Part shown: piece by piece, positions 26,420 to 39,834 of the stretch
Position numbering within the stretch: the stretch's first letter is position 1
Layout: every line of letters begins with the position of its first letter
Notes under the pieces: model-generated
Told to the model about the DNA's origin: nothing
Databases searched by the model: none
The model's input: only the letters and a program-made list of their open reading frames with translations
Assembly (NCBI RefSeq): GCF_026210795.1
Contig: NC_089430.1
Coordinates: 4,216,001-4,280,000 of the forward strand
DNA: 64,000 nt
Reading direction: 5' to 3'
Origin: Rhizophagus irregularis
Taxonomy: Eukaryota
Made by a program: the position numbers and the translations under genes

Positions 26420-27432
26420 ATGAGTCACTCACCATTTAAAACTGTAACCATACAGTAGCAGGAGGTACGGTGATTTGGGTTATGTTATTGCCGAGGCATT
26501 TTTGAATGATGGATCTTATAACGTGAAGATTCTTCGAAAGAAACCAGAAAAAGAAAATGAAAAAGCTAAGCTGCTGGCTTCCAAGGGTGCAGAAATTATA
26601 TATGCGGATTATAGTCAAAACGATGATCTTGTCAAAGCTATTAAAGGAACAGATGTTATCGTCAGTGCTGTAAATTCTGATCCTAAAACTGAGAGCTTTT
26701 ATAATTCTCAAGCTCCACTGTTAGCCGCTGCCAAGGATGCCTCTGTGAAGAGGTTCATCCCATCTGAATTTACTGGAAGATTTAAGTATGATTTTTTTCT
26801 TATTTTTTTTTTGTTGATTTTTCTTTTTATTTAACAAAGATCTGGAGATCATTTTATCATAGACGATAAAGATAAATTTAGAGAAGAATTAGAAAAAAGT
26901 GGACTTGAGTACACATATATCGAAGTCTGAATATTTCAAGAATTCTTTGATTGGTTGGGATTCGATATTAAAAATAAGAAAGCTACTTTCTATGTTGATG
27001 CTAACGAAAAAATTCCCACTACTTCTTTGAATGATATTGGAAAATATACCGTAGAGACACTTAAAATACCAGAGGCTCGTAACGCTCGTATTAATATTGC
27101 TGGCTCATTCCTGTCATTAAATGAGTACCTTGAAATATTTGAAAAGGCTTCTGGTGAGTAAATATTTTATTTAATCGTTATTAAATTATGAATTTTTATA
27201 GTAATTAATTATGATGGTTTATGAAGGTTCAAAATGGGAAGTAATTGTGGATAAAGATGTAAGACATCGATACAAAAACAAGATTGAACCAGTTCCCCAA
27301 TTCTTGGATTATTACAAGGCTGTCCTTTTACAAGAAGGGGAGGTTAATCTAGAATTAGATAATGATAAATTCAGTTTTACTCCTAAACCTGTTACCGAGT
27401 TTATTGAAAAACTTGTAAAACAAGCGTCATAA
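26420..27432 (+). pseudogene. NmrA-like oxidoreductase pseudogene
   Basis: Colinear with 35752-36790; indels and TAG in the GGTGxLG Rossmann motif (~26450-26475); GGA>TGA at 26928. Confidence 0.88.
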
Positions 27433-28342
27433 TTTATTGTAATTAATTTATTGAATGATGTTAATGCATCGTATGAGTTTCGGAATCAATATACTGAATA
27501 AATATACAAGTCTCTCTTATTTGTCATACTAAAATTAACTTCATAAATTTGAAGCGCACTTTTTTCATAAGCCTGTTATTATTATTATTATTTTTTTGAA
27601 TTAAACTTTATGGCTAAAAAATTTTTTTTGTCTCAAACCGGATTTTTTTTTTTTAATTAATAACAGTTTTATTGACGTCCTCGCTTTATAAACTTTTTGT
27701 TAACATTTTTTTTAATTGTCATTGTAAAAATCGTTAATTTTTTTTCTTTGCTCAAGAAAACAGATAGAATCGATTACATGTTACAAATTTTATGCTTAAA
27801 TAATCAAATCCTAAAAGAAAATTGATACTTTCAGGATAAATTTATCCATCATCTGTATCTATTATAAGAGAATGCATAAAACTGACCTATATACAGTATA
27901 AATTTATTATTGCTGATATCATTATAATTTATTACTATTCAAATTTCAATTTCAATTTCTGATTTTTTTTATTTATGACGAAAGATCGTTACAGAAAATA
28001 TAATAAATATGCAAAGAATCAGTAAACTAAATTATTTTTTAAAACTGCCCATCAAACCTACCCTCCAATAATAAAATCTATTACTACTACATCATTTAAG
28101 CAACTAAAATTTAACCAGTATCACGCAATTTAAATAACTATACCTAAATATGAATTTTTTAATAAATTATATTTGTAAAATCAAATATTATATATGATGC
28201 TAAAAATTAGAGTCTGTAATAAAAATGATTTTCCTGATTTATTTTAAATTCAATAAATTACATTTAATTGTGTATTTTCGTTATTTAATAATATGATGGT
28301 TCTAATTCTGTATACAAAAATATACATTTAAAATATTAGACC

Positions 28343-30121
28343 AAGACCCAGAAATATATATACAGGGGCAGCCCTATGAAAAAAGTCTGTGTGATTTTTG
28401 TTGAAAAATCATTCAATTAAATTCACTACGATTTCTGTAAATTTGACCATACAATAATTGTGCTAAAAATTGCAATAAATCACACAATTATTGCATGGTA
28501 ATTCATTCAATAATTATCCTATTTTTGACCTGAATTTATACAATTATTGTGTGATTTCTGAGCCAAATTTTAGGCCATATTTTAGGAATTATAGGTTAAA
28601 TTTTACAGTAATAACAGGCAATTTATAAAGTGAAATTATGAATTTTTATTGACTTAAAATATAAAAAATATACACAATATTTTATCAATAAAATACATAC
28701 TAAATTTGATATAATCATAAATATAAAAATTTGTAAGAAAATAAAATAAAATAAAGTATGTTAATAACATGAAAGTAAATTAGTAGTATCAAAGAAGAAA
28801 GTAAATTATTAGTGTAAGTAAATTATTAGTATTAAATAAATAAAAAAGTATGAAGTTAGTGAAGAAAGCAAATTAGTAGTGTTAAAAAGTAAATTATTAG
28901 TGTTAGTAATAAAAAAGTATGAAGTTAGTGAAGAAAGCAAATTAGTGTGTTAAAAAGTAAATTATTAGTGTTAGTAATAAAAAAAAAGTATGAAGTTAGT
29001 GAAGAAAGCAAGTTAGTAACATTAAAATGTAAAAAGTTAGGAAAATAAAAAGATAAAGAACACAAGTTTTTCTTACCTGATATTTTAAAAGAAAGTTGAA
29101 GAAAAGTTAAAAGGTTAAAAAAACAAACAAAAACATTTCGCGTCATCATATTTATTTTGACGATCAGATCACGTGATCAACATATATAATTTAAGAGTTA
29201 ATTTTTACCGCATAATTCTGGCCAAATTATAATTCCAGTCAGAACTAATTGTGTAACCTAATAAAAAGTTTTTGACTTTTTTTTAGTTACAAGATGATAC
29301 AAAAATTTCACTAATGGGTCCGAAAGATGCCCGTTTATAAGCAAATATGCAGTTGAAATTTGTGTAACCTTACTGCATAAATCACTTTACTTAGGAAAAT
29401 CTATTTGTAATGGTTAAAAGTGGTCTATTTGACCCTAAAAGTGGTCAAATGTAACCATACAGGTAAAATGGAAAGTAGTATAGTATGATTACTCAAAAAT
29501 TGCTTTCTGTATCCTAAATTTAAGTCTATTTTCAAGTTGTACAATAATCACAATTTTTATTGTACAAAAATTGAATGTTTTCTGTATCCTAAATTTAAGT
29601 TGTATAAAGATCACACAAAAATTGAACATTTTCTATATTCTAAATTTAAGTTGTACAAAAATTGCATACTTTTAATATGCTTTGAAAAACTTCATAGCTA
29701 TTTTTATCCAAAAATCTGCAATAATTGTACAATTTCCACACGGACTTGAACAATTATCGTACAAAAATTGGATGATTTTTTTTCATAGGGCAGGGTACAC
29801 AGATGCGTCGCCTGCCGTCGCCTTTGCGTACAAGAATTTTTCGTCCAAAGTTAGATCATCAAGATTGTGTGATCAATTGGGACTTTGATCGAGTACTGAG
29901 TATCGAAATGATCGAGTATCGAGTAGAAGTCTATGAAAATAAATTATAAGGTACTAAATAAGTTAAGTTCCAGCCTATTTTTTATCAAAATTTTTATATG
30001 CATATTTTTGCAGGATTTTCAATATCAGGTGTCAATTATACGTAATACTCATATAAAAAGTCTCCGTAACAGAAAAAATTTTCGCCACCTGACCCTATAT
30101 CAGTATATATTTCTGGGTCCT
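28343..30121. mobile_element. AGGACC-family MITE (~357 bp when empty) carrying a nested CACTA-like insertion
   Basis: TIR A(A/G)GACCCAGAAATATATA / TATATATTTCTGGGTCCT; 8-bp TSD ATTAGACC at 28335-28342 and 30122-30129. Confidence 0.85.
28372..29790. mobile_element. Non-autonomous CACTA/EnSpm-like element (1419 bp), complete
   Basis: TIR CCCTATGAAAAAA / TTTTTTCATAGGG; 3-bp TSD CAG at 28369-28371 and 29791-29793; subterminal repeats; second copy at 1-1197. Confidence 0.88.
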
Positions 30122-31440
30122 ATTAGACCTCAAATTTAAAAGGGTAGAACAAATAATCAATGGTAAAAACTGAACATTTATAATAAAAAAAAGCGTAAAA
30201 AAAGTATAAAAATAGATGTGTCGCATTATAGTGTCTGACAATATTCTTTTTTTACTTTTGATTATTTTGCCAAAAGTGTGTTAAAGAACTTTTAAAATTG
30301 TTGAGGTCTTATAGGAATTACGGCTACTTTATTTCATGTAGGTATGTATGTGACAAAAGATAGTTAATAGTTATTTTGTAGTATATTTCTATTATATATA
30401 ATATAATATTCATCAATCTTTTAACGTTATTATTCTATATCTGTTTTTTAATCTATTTATATTTTTTCCAACTATTTGTGGAGAGTTAATTTTTTATACC
30501 ATCACGCCTCGGATAGCGTGATACATCCAATCAGATCATCATGTAACATCTCTCCATAAATTCATAACATCTATAATAAGAACATTTAAAAAAAAATAAT
30601 TCTTTACATTTATATTAAATTTAATAAACAAATAAAAAAAACACTATTTTAAATTAGTAAAAAATGTTAGTTATTTCATGAAGGAGTCAGCTTGATAAAT
30701 TAATATCTGAAATTTACTTAACCTCAAGTCCTGTTCCATCTAAAAAAAAGTACCAAAACTACAACTATAAGTGAAAAAAAAACCAATCATGCATTGCACT
30801 GTAATTCTACACAAAAAGCTATTATGATAAAAAATTACTATTTGAGTAGTTCCATACAACATGTTGAACAACTTTGCTTAATCTTCCTTAACCTGTATCA
30901 CACTGCGCAAATTTCGGACGTTAGCCTGACACATTTCAGACGTGCGAATTTTCATTTGTTCAAATCAACTACATATTTAAAAAAAAAAATAAAATTCATT
31001 CGCCGCTAACCCAGGAAAAAATTTTTACTAAATATGTCAGTCATTCAGAAATCACCTAAATAAATAATTTTTTCCCAGGCGGCTGAGTACTTAAGAACTC
31101 TGCAGACGTACTTGCATATTTGGATGAGAAACAAACCATTTTATTTATTTTAGCTATACTTTTTTTTTTATTTTAAAAAAAAATAATTTTTCGAAAATAA
31201 GTTAAATTTTTCTGTTTATAGATTTTCTTCCCGAGTTAGAATCAGCTTTCTTATTTGTTAATTTGTATTTAACATAAATTTATTAAATTGAAATTTAAAT
31301 CCTTTGACTTACAAATGAATTATGTTAACTTGATCTAATATTAGATATCATCATTAAGTAGGTTATGTTTATAAAAATTTCAAACTGCTCATTTATTTTA
31401 ACGTCATTTTTCCTAATAACATGAAATTTTATTGTTAAAA

Positions 31441-31678
31441 CTAGGAAACGGGAACCGTTGTAAGTCCGGAGCGAGGTATAATAAATAAAGATGTAGCGAT
31501 ATTCTACTAATTAGCAGCATAACGCCTTGGAATTCCGGTAATTTTCTGCTGATTAGCAGCATAACGCCTTGGAATTCCTGGACTGAGAAACTCACGTGAT
31601 TGAAAATTTACACGTTATTTCCATAGATCATCATAGTGCGTAGACATATATAGTCCTTCGCTTCGCTCCGGACAACAA
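31441..31678 (-). mobile_element. Helentron/DINE-1-like non-autonomous rolling-circle element
   Basis: Minus strand: 5' ttgttgtccggagcgaagcgaagg, inverted sub-terminal repeat tcgctccggac, short hairpin acggttcccgt, then TTCCTAG|T; internal ~40-bp direct repeat at 31501-31578. Confidence 0.6.
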
Positions 31679-31749
31679 ATAAATTGTATTTAATGACATA
31701 AATATTTTTCTCAAAATTCAAAAATATAATAACTTTAATAATGTAAAAA

Positions 31750-31885
31750 GGGTATCCGATCAAAAATCTCGACAGCCACTTGCACAACTAACACAAGATC
31801 GACAACAAAATCTCGACAATCCAAAATCTCGACAATCAAAATCTCGACAATCAAAATCTTGACAATCCAAAATCCCGACAAGTTA
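31750..31885. repeat. Tandem AAAATC(T/C)CGACAA(T)C array, probably one arm of a foldback/MULE-like TIR
   Basis: At least 6 units after gggtatccgatc; partner arm not found. Confidence 0.6.
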
Positions 31886-32767
31886 TTATATCGTTCAAAT
31901 GATTTTCGAGATTTCGTACCAAGAGCTGTAAAAAGTAGTTACGCTCAAAGATACTGTAAATTATCTTAAATAAAATCAGCAAGTTTGCCTTTAAAATAAT
32001 TGACTGCATTATCTATAAAAAATAAATTACAAAATATTATTATTATTATATTAATAAATGAAATAAGGAAGGAAATTAATTAAAAATATCATAACTTTGC
32101 TTAAGTGGTCGGTCAGTAAAAAAGGGAAATCCAAAATTTTGGTCAAATTTTTTTTTATTTCCAATCATGGACACGTGAACAAAGTTAGCTAACAAGTAAA
32201 CGTTAAATATGAAAAAAATAAAATTGAAGTACTAATTGAAAGATTGAAAGATAAACAGAAAAAAATCAAAAAAAAATTGATTGGTAATTCAAAAAAATAA
32301 AAAAAACTACAAAATGGCGCAGCAGAAATAAGAAACTTCTAGTACTATACAGTACCTCGCTTAAAAGTCAACTGCGAATATATTATATACGTATGGTAAA
32401 GGTTTCGACCTTTAATAAAATTATACAGCCTTTACGGGTGAAGTTTCATTTACTATAAATAAAAAAAATTTTTTCGCCACCCAACTCTCGCTACCCACAC
32501 TTTAAAAAGAGTTTTACCCTTATTTCTGCGTAACTATTCTTATTTTAGACAAGTAGTCTATTTTACTTTCGTGTCGTTACATTTTTAACATATTGTTATG
32601 CATTTTTCAAACGTTTTTCCTCGATCTTTCCTTGTCTCCCTGAAAAATTTCACGTGACTCGCCCAACTAGATCAGGTTACAAAATCAATAGATCAAAAAA
32701 GTTTCTTTTTTGAGCTTGCAGATCAATCAACAAGTACCAATGAAAAATACACACAAATGATTACTTT

Positions 32768-34240
32768 ATGAACACTACCCTATTCGTTATAAATCCACGA
32801 GTCGAAATCTTAACACAAAATACCAGATTAGTAAAATGCACTCGCTTTTTTTCTGCACAAAAATTATACCACGACGCATACAACAAAAATATTTCAACCA
32901 AATCCGTCAGAAAAACTCGTTGCCGCAAGAAAATATCGATTCCTTTTTGTTAAAACTCAATTTATAGATAAACCTATCCATCATCTTAAATATTGTCGTC
33001 CAGCAACTGCTCAGGATTATCCTAGGACCCCGAGCAATATATGTATAGGCAACAATATCGTTTGCTTAGTCACATGCTATTTTAGCCACGGTTAGACTGT
33101 TAGAGGTTGGATTTGCGTAAAATTAATGATATTTTTTGCTAATGTCATATTTTTTTCATTTGCTTATTTTCAAGAATTTTTGAAAAGTCATATGTTACAA
33201 TTGCTTATTTTTTGAGTAAATTTGGTATTATTTAATAATGCATTATATAACATCTAATATAAGCGATGGTAATATACTAATATGCAAAAGTTAATAGGGG
33301 ATGAAAAAAATTACTAATACGGATATTTTAGCTAAGATTATATTACTATTGAAAAAAGTGAAATTGTAAATCATAAATGCAAGAAAATTCGATCAAATAA
33401 TTTTTGTAAAATATGATATTATAAAGTCATATGGTTAGATTGCTTATTTTTGGGCAATTTGTGAAGTCACGCGTTGAGTTTGCTTATTTATCTTAATAAA
33501 ACCTTGCGTAGAACTATTATAAAAATTTTGACCTTACTTGTTACCTATATATGTATTGCTCGGGGTCCTATTATCCTTATTCGATACCATTTTTATCTTT
33601 TACACCTCGTCGTCAAACTCATATTAAAAATATCTTACAACAATTTCCAGCCATAGATAATGGCAACACTTCCTCTACTTCGTCTACAAATACTAACACT
33701 CAAGGAATTTCTCCTTCTAACTCTATCTCGCCACTACTAGACAATTCCTCGCTTGAAGACACAGCTGCTATAACTACAAGTACCGATAATCCTTTATCAC
33801 AACCAGTAAATAAAGATTTCCCAGATTTTCAACGACGCGTACATCAACGACGTGCGCGTATCCAAGCCGAAATAATGAAGAAGATGAAATACTTAGAGCG
33901 GATTTCACGGCTAAATATAAAGCTGCTGTGATAAAGCATTACAGATTGAACGCCGCGAAAATGCCTGATATATCGGGACGAGTGAAAAAAGACTTAGAAG
34001 GTATGAAATCACTACAAGCGCACTCGAGACTTACCTACGCTTACCACAAAAAGTTGTCTAATTTCGCAAAACGCCGAAGAAAAGCCATCAACAAGAACGT
34101 TTAGAGCAAGAAATTGCTAAATTTTCGCTAACATATTTAGATTACGCGGCCGTATGTGCAAGACGAGCTTTTTGATTCCGACACATCGGATAATACTAAA
34201 GTCGTAGAACGACGTCCTAACAACGTAACACCGAGATGAA
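32768..34240 (+). pseudogene. Degenerate ORF of unknown function (probably repeat-associated), interrupted by a MITE
   Basis: Removing 33024-33569 plus one TSD joins KYRFLFVKTQFIDKPIHHLKYCRPATAQDYP in frame to YSIPFLSFTPRRQ..; frameshifts on both sides. Confidence 0.5.
33024..33569. mobile_element. AGGACC-family MITE (546 bp)
   Basis: TIR AGGACCCCGAGCAATA / TATTGCTCGGGGTCCT; 8-bp TSD ATTATCCT at 33016-33023 and 33570-33577. Confidence 0.92.
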
Positions 34241-35015
34241 TAAAATCTCAACTCACACTCTCTTTTGCATCAAGATAAGAAATTGCGTCAGTCACTGGCT
34301 CTTTTCTCATGACTTCTCGATGACTGGTTCCAGCAAAAAGAATTAACCGGAGTCCTTATACCCAACATATAATATAGTAGACATACAGCTACATCATTAA
34401 AAACTTTTTAAACAATTTAGAATAGAGTGAATCATAAACCACCCATGACAGTGTTTACGGGCGGCAACCTTGTGGTTGATTGTTATTCTTTTCTTTTCTT
34501 TTCTTCCCGCTGTTCCGTACTGGTCGGGTTCTGGAACAGATGGATTTCTCTAGTGAGGGTCCGCTCCGTTACGGTTTGGACGAAGTTTTATAATGTTGTC
34601 CGCTTCTTTTATTCTGACTGACTCTCATAATTCCGGCTCTGAAAAAATGCGAACAGCCAATAGTAAATTTTTTTTTTGGCCGGATCCTAACTATTTTAAT
34701 ATTTTTCGGGTCCCCGAATAATTCTTTATTATTAATCTCATCATGATCAATTTAATTTCATAATCAATTTTTATTTCAATAAGATATCCATTTATGATTT
34801 TAATTAAACCTGTTTATTCTTGTAATTCAAGTCGTATGACCATTAAATTTTTATTTAACATATCCGGATTATATCTCCCCAATTATACGAACTTATAAAC
34901 TTTTTATAATAAGATATTTCATCCAGGCGGTCTTTAAAGAAGAGGATTTTGTTTCCCTCAGATATGCTAATTTAATTATCATTAGATGGTTACCTCTAGT
35001 ATCGCTATACGTCTA

Positions 35016-35390
35016 GGTAACCGGACTTTTCGCCGAATGGCCATTTTGCCGAAATCCATTTCACCGAAGCCATTTCACCGGAACATTGTGCCGAAAATAT
35101 GATAATTTTTAATCTTTTTTTTTTTTTGAGAAGACAAATAAATTATTTAATACATTATAATAAGTTACGTTTGTTTAAAAAAAGATAACATAATCATCAT
35201 AAAATGAAAAAGAAATAGTTGAAGAGAATTTGTACTTTGATAATGATCAAGGAAAATATGTTAATCACTAATATTTCGGCGAAATGTCCTTCAACGAAAT
35301 GGACGATTCGAGGAAAAGGATTCGGCGAAATGTCTATTCAATGAAATGCACATTCAGCGAAATGTCCTTTCGGCAAAACTATACGTAACC
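35016..35390. mobile_element. Foldback/MULE-like MITE
   Basis: Inverted arrays of CATTTC(G/A)CCGAA and TTCGGCGAAATG; ends GGTAAC.. / ..GTAACC; degenerate 9-bp TSD ATACGTCTA / ATATGCCCA. Confidence 0.75.
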
Positions 35391-35751
35391 ATATGCCCAT
35401 ATTAAATTCATAGTAATCAGAGAGTTTAAAAAAATTTTTTTTGCTTTAACTTTTATTATTTTCGTGTAGACAGTAGGTGTTATCATAATGTACCATCGTC
35501 TTAATCAGATTAGCAATTATTAATAATTGAGTGGGAAAAAATTAACGATTTTTTACAATGATAAAAAATGATCATCAAAAAGTATTTAAAGCGAGGACAC
35601 TAAAATTATTACAAATAACTCCATTATTTATTAAAAAGAAAATTTCAAGACATAAAAGATTTCGAACCGAGATTACAATATAATGCATTCAACGAATTTT
35701 ATAATAAAAATTTGAATATTATTTGATTATTTGAAGAACCGATACGTTAAA

Positions 35752-36790
35752 TTATGATGCTTGTTTAACGAGTTCTTCAATGACTTCGGTAACAGGTTTA
35801 GGAGTGAAACTAAATTTATCATTATCGAACTTTCCGAGCTGCCCTTCTTGCACAATGGTAGCCTTGAAATCCTCCAAGAATGAGGGAACTGGATCGATCT
35901 TGTTTTTGAATCGATTTTTTACATCTTTATCAACAACTACTTCCCATTTTGAACCTTCATAAACCATCATTATTAGTTTATACTACAAAAATTTTACATT
36001 CTAATGACTAATGAAAATTAAATAAAATATGTACTCACCGGTAACTTTTTCAAATATTTCAAGATACTCATTTAACGACAAGTTCGCGCCAGCGACATTA
36101 ATATGACCGTTACGAGCCTCTGGTATTTTGAGTGTCTCTACGGTATATTTTCCAATATCATGCAAAGAAGTGGTGGGAAATATTTTGCTACCATCATCAT
36201 AGAAAGTAGCTTTCTTATTTTTAATATCATATCCCAACCAACCAAAGTATTCTTGAAATAATCCAACATAGATGTATGTATACTCAAGTCCACTTTTTTC
36301 TACTTCTTCTCCAAATTTGATTTTATCGTCAATGAGAACATGAGTTCCAGTTCTTTGTTAAAGAAAAATCGTTATGAATTTATCATAAACGTACAAAAAA
36401 AAACAGAAAAAAAAGAAAATAAACATACTTAAACTTTGCGCCATATTCAGACGGGATGAACCTCTTCACAGAGGCATCTTTAGCAGCGGCTAACAGTGGA
36501 GCTTGTGAATCATAAAAACCCGCGCCTTTAGGATCAAAATTTAAAGTGCTGACAACAACATCGGTTCCTTTAAGAGCCTTGACAAGATCATCATGTTGAC
36601 TATAATCCGCATATACAATTTCTGCACCCTTGGAAGCTAACAATTTAGCCTTTTCATTTTCGTTTTCTGGTTTTCTTCGAAGAATTTTCACGTTATAAGA
36701 TCCATCATTCAAGAATGCCTCAGCGATAGCATAACCCAAAGTACCCGTGCCTCCGGCTATAGCTACGGTTTTAAATTGTGAATCACTCAT
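35752..36790 (-). CDS. NmrA-like / isoflavone-reductase-like NAD(P)-binding oxidoreductase (292 aa), 3 exons
   Basis: Exons 36790-36429, 36352-36039, 35954-35752 form an open frame; VAIAGGTGTLG, ADY..L..ALKGTDVVVS, VKRFIPSEYG motifs. Confidence 0.92.
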
Positions 36791-38086
36791 GATATGACGA
36801 ATTTTTTGTTTAAGAGATATTTATCAGTATTTGATAGTTCCTTTTCGTTAAAATCCACCTTATATTAATACTTTTCTGAATCAAATGATTATTAATATAG
36901 CTCAGTAATTTATTAAGATAAACAGGTATTGATATTTAAGTTGCATATTAAGATTAAGTGTATTCTATATTTAGATTCTTTGTTAAATGAATATTCTGCA
37001 TCTCTTAAAATCTTGGCGACCATGAGAAGAATCAATTAGTAAGAAAAAGGGATAATAATTAAACAAAATAATATTAATTATACCAAATAGAGTTAAAAAA
37101 TATCATTATTATCATTATTCGGGAAAGATCGGACCAGGATATTCCGTGAATATGAAACACTTTATCCTTAAACAATATGGTGTCATATTTGTCATATTAT
37201 AATTCGCACCTATGAAACTGTTTAAACTACGAACGTTGTGACGTTATACAAGATAAGAATATTTATTCTTATTCCTAAAAAAAAATACTTAAAATTTTTT
37301 GTTTGAGGAGAAAAAATAAATAAATATTCTCGTTCCAAGAATTTACTATTGTCTTTTGTCTCTTTGAAACCCAATAATAGAAAACAATTTATTTAACGGG
37401 AATAGTGAAATGAGTGAAATGCGTGTTCACTAATAATTATTTCATTATGACAATAAAATTTATTTTTATTTTTCTTCTTTTTATATAAAAATCAAAATTA
37501 TTTCTAAAAATGGTAAAGAATAGCTGCGTGTCACATCATTCACATGCCGATCACAACGAGATTTCTTGGATTTCCTATTTTAAGACTTATTTGTTATATA
37601 AAAAGATTAATAATTCAAGTTTATAGTTTGTTCCGTAATTCACTAACCAAGTCAAAAGCACGAGTACTTCGGAAGGGTCGTCACCAAAAGATTTATTTGC
37701 ACGCAAGTTTTGTGGGCGCGGTTTGTGTCGATCTTCGCCATATAAGGAACAAGTGACATTTAAGTGTCTCCTGATCACGTGCAGCCACGAGTTCAAAAAC
37801 ATTAAGTATCTGAGGGACTTAGTTTTTTTTTAGTGTCAAAAATTTATTTGTCACCCCTGTTACACAAAAAACCGCGCCCACAAAATTGGGGTGCGATTTA
37901 TTTTATTACATGGTAATGGGAACCAGTTTATATCGTTTCATAACCTTTAAATCACGTGAATAAACAAAATTTGATTGGCTACTTCATTTGCTTATAGATA
38001 ATCTTTTTTTTAACTTGTCCTTATTTTTTTAAAAAAAATAACGGATAACGGCTTTTTTGTTCTCACTTCTTACGTTCGGAAACCAG

Positions 38087-38530
38087 GTATGTTTATTGTT
38101 TTCTTCCTTTTTTTTCTTTTCTTTTGTTTCTTTAACAAAACGTTTACTAACGTTTTGCTAATTTCTTCTTTTTTTTAGATTTCGGGTAGTTGGACATCGG
38201 GATTGGAAGGTAATATTAAAAAATAATTTTTTTGGTGATTTCTTTAATGAAGTATTTACTAATGTTTCGCTTATTCTTTTTCTAGGGTTCAGGTAGTTTA
38301 ATACTGGGCTTGGAAGGTAATATTCGAAATTTTTTTTGGATTTCTTTAACGAAGCGTTTTGCTAATGTTATTTTTTTTTTAGGTTTCAGGTAGTTGGATA
38401 CTAGGTAATATTCAAAAAAGTGGTTTTGTTGATTTTTTAATGAAACATTTACTTTATTTTCTTGATTTTTTCTTGATTTTGAGAACTGAGAAAATAGGAA
38501 GTTTTATTTTTCTGATGCTACAATAAAGGT
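38087..38530 (+). repeat. Tandem ~100-bp intron + micro-exon-like units
   Basis: Repeated GTAATA..CTAA..polyT-AG with related 31-, 31- and 22-nt exon-like blocks (38179-38209, 38286-38316, 38383-38404). Confidence 0.6.
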
Positions 38531-39834
38531 ATATTTTTTAGGGTTTGGTTTTGACTTTTGTCTTTTTACTCCCTATTTCACCACACTAACCTTATTTCTT
38601 TCCTTTATTCTTTATTCTTATTTCGTTTCTTTATTCCATTCATTTTATTTCACTTTATTCCTTTTTTTTTCTTACTCCATTTCGTTCTTCATGTTCCATT
38701 TTGTTTCTCATTTTGTGTTTCATATTATTCTTCACTCCTTACTCCATTTTGTTTTTCACTTTCTATTCCATTTGTAATTTACTATCCCATTTTGTACTTC
38801 ATTTCCTGTTCCATTTTGTTTACTTTATATTTTATTTTCACTTTTTCTTATCCTTTTTGTTTTCTTTTTTTCTTTGATTTTTTTTCTTTTCCTCTTCTTT
38901 CATTTCTTCCCCTTTTGTTTCTTTTTTTTCTTTTCTTTTCCTTATTTCATTTATTTTATTCTTTTTTTTATTTAAGAAGTTCAATTAATCAAATAAAATT
39001 AGATTAGGCGACACAAAGTGGTAAAAATAGTTTTTATATCCTGCCGGGTCAGTTTTTGTTAAGTATTAAAAAAAAATTTTTTTTATATTATTACTATGCC
39101 GGGTGAGAATTTTTTAAAAATTGAAAAAAAAATTTCACATAAAATTTTTGAAAAAAAATTAAAGGCCGGGTTGCCGAGTTATTGATGAAATTTTTATATT
39201 GTGAAAACCATAAAATTAAGTTTGTATGGCATTAGTCATATCGTATTAAAAAATTTAAATAAAAATTCATGTTTTTTTCATAAAATTGTTAGTCGTTTTG
39301 GCTAAATTTTAAGTTTTTTTTTTTAAAAAAAAAATAATAAAATTTTTCATAAAATTAGCCAATCAAAAATTTTATTAAATCACGTGATAGGGTCGCCAAT
39401 TGTCGCCAAGTAATAACGCCCAATAAATATAAAAGCTTAATGATTTTTCAATTCCCATATACGTAAAATACTTAATACCCTTTGAAAATAGTAATAATAA
39501 TAATAATAGTATCCACACTACATAAAATACCCCTTTGGGTATACCTCACTTTAAAAAATCCGGATATTTTACTATAAAGTATAAAAATTTTACCCTCGAT
39601 TATGCCCCCTTAATTAATTCTGTTAGCTTAAGGTCAAAATTATACTTACGATACTCACGTGTACTTGAAGGCTCTCAATTCCGGCCAGTATTAAATATAA
39701 TTTCTTAAAACTACTCTGTTCTTCATTTTTACTGATCTATCAAATAAACCTAAACATATAATTGCTATTATTGGATTAATTCCGGCCAGAATTAGAATAA
39801 TTAAGAAATTGTCCACGCGAAATCATAAAAAATG

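Noticed and set aside
38558..39007. 149-aa Phe-rich ORF resembling a membrane protein
   Set aside because: Translation of a low-complexity T/C-rich tract with a TTG start.
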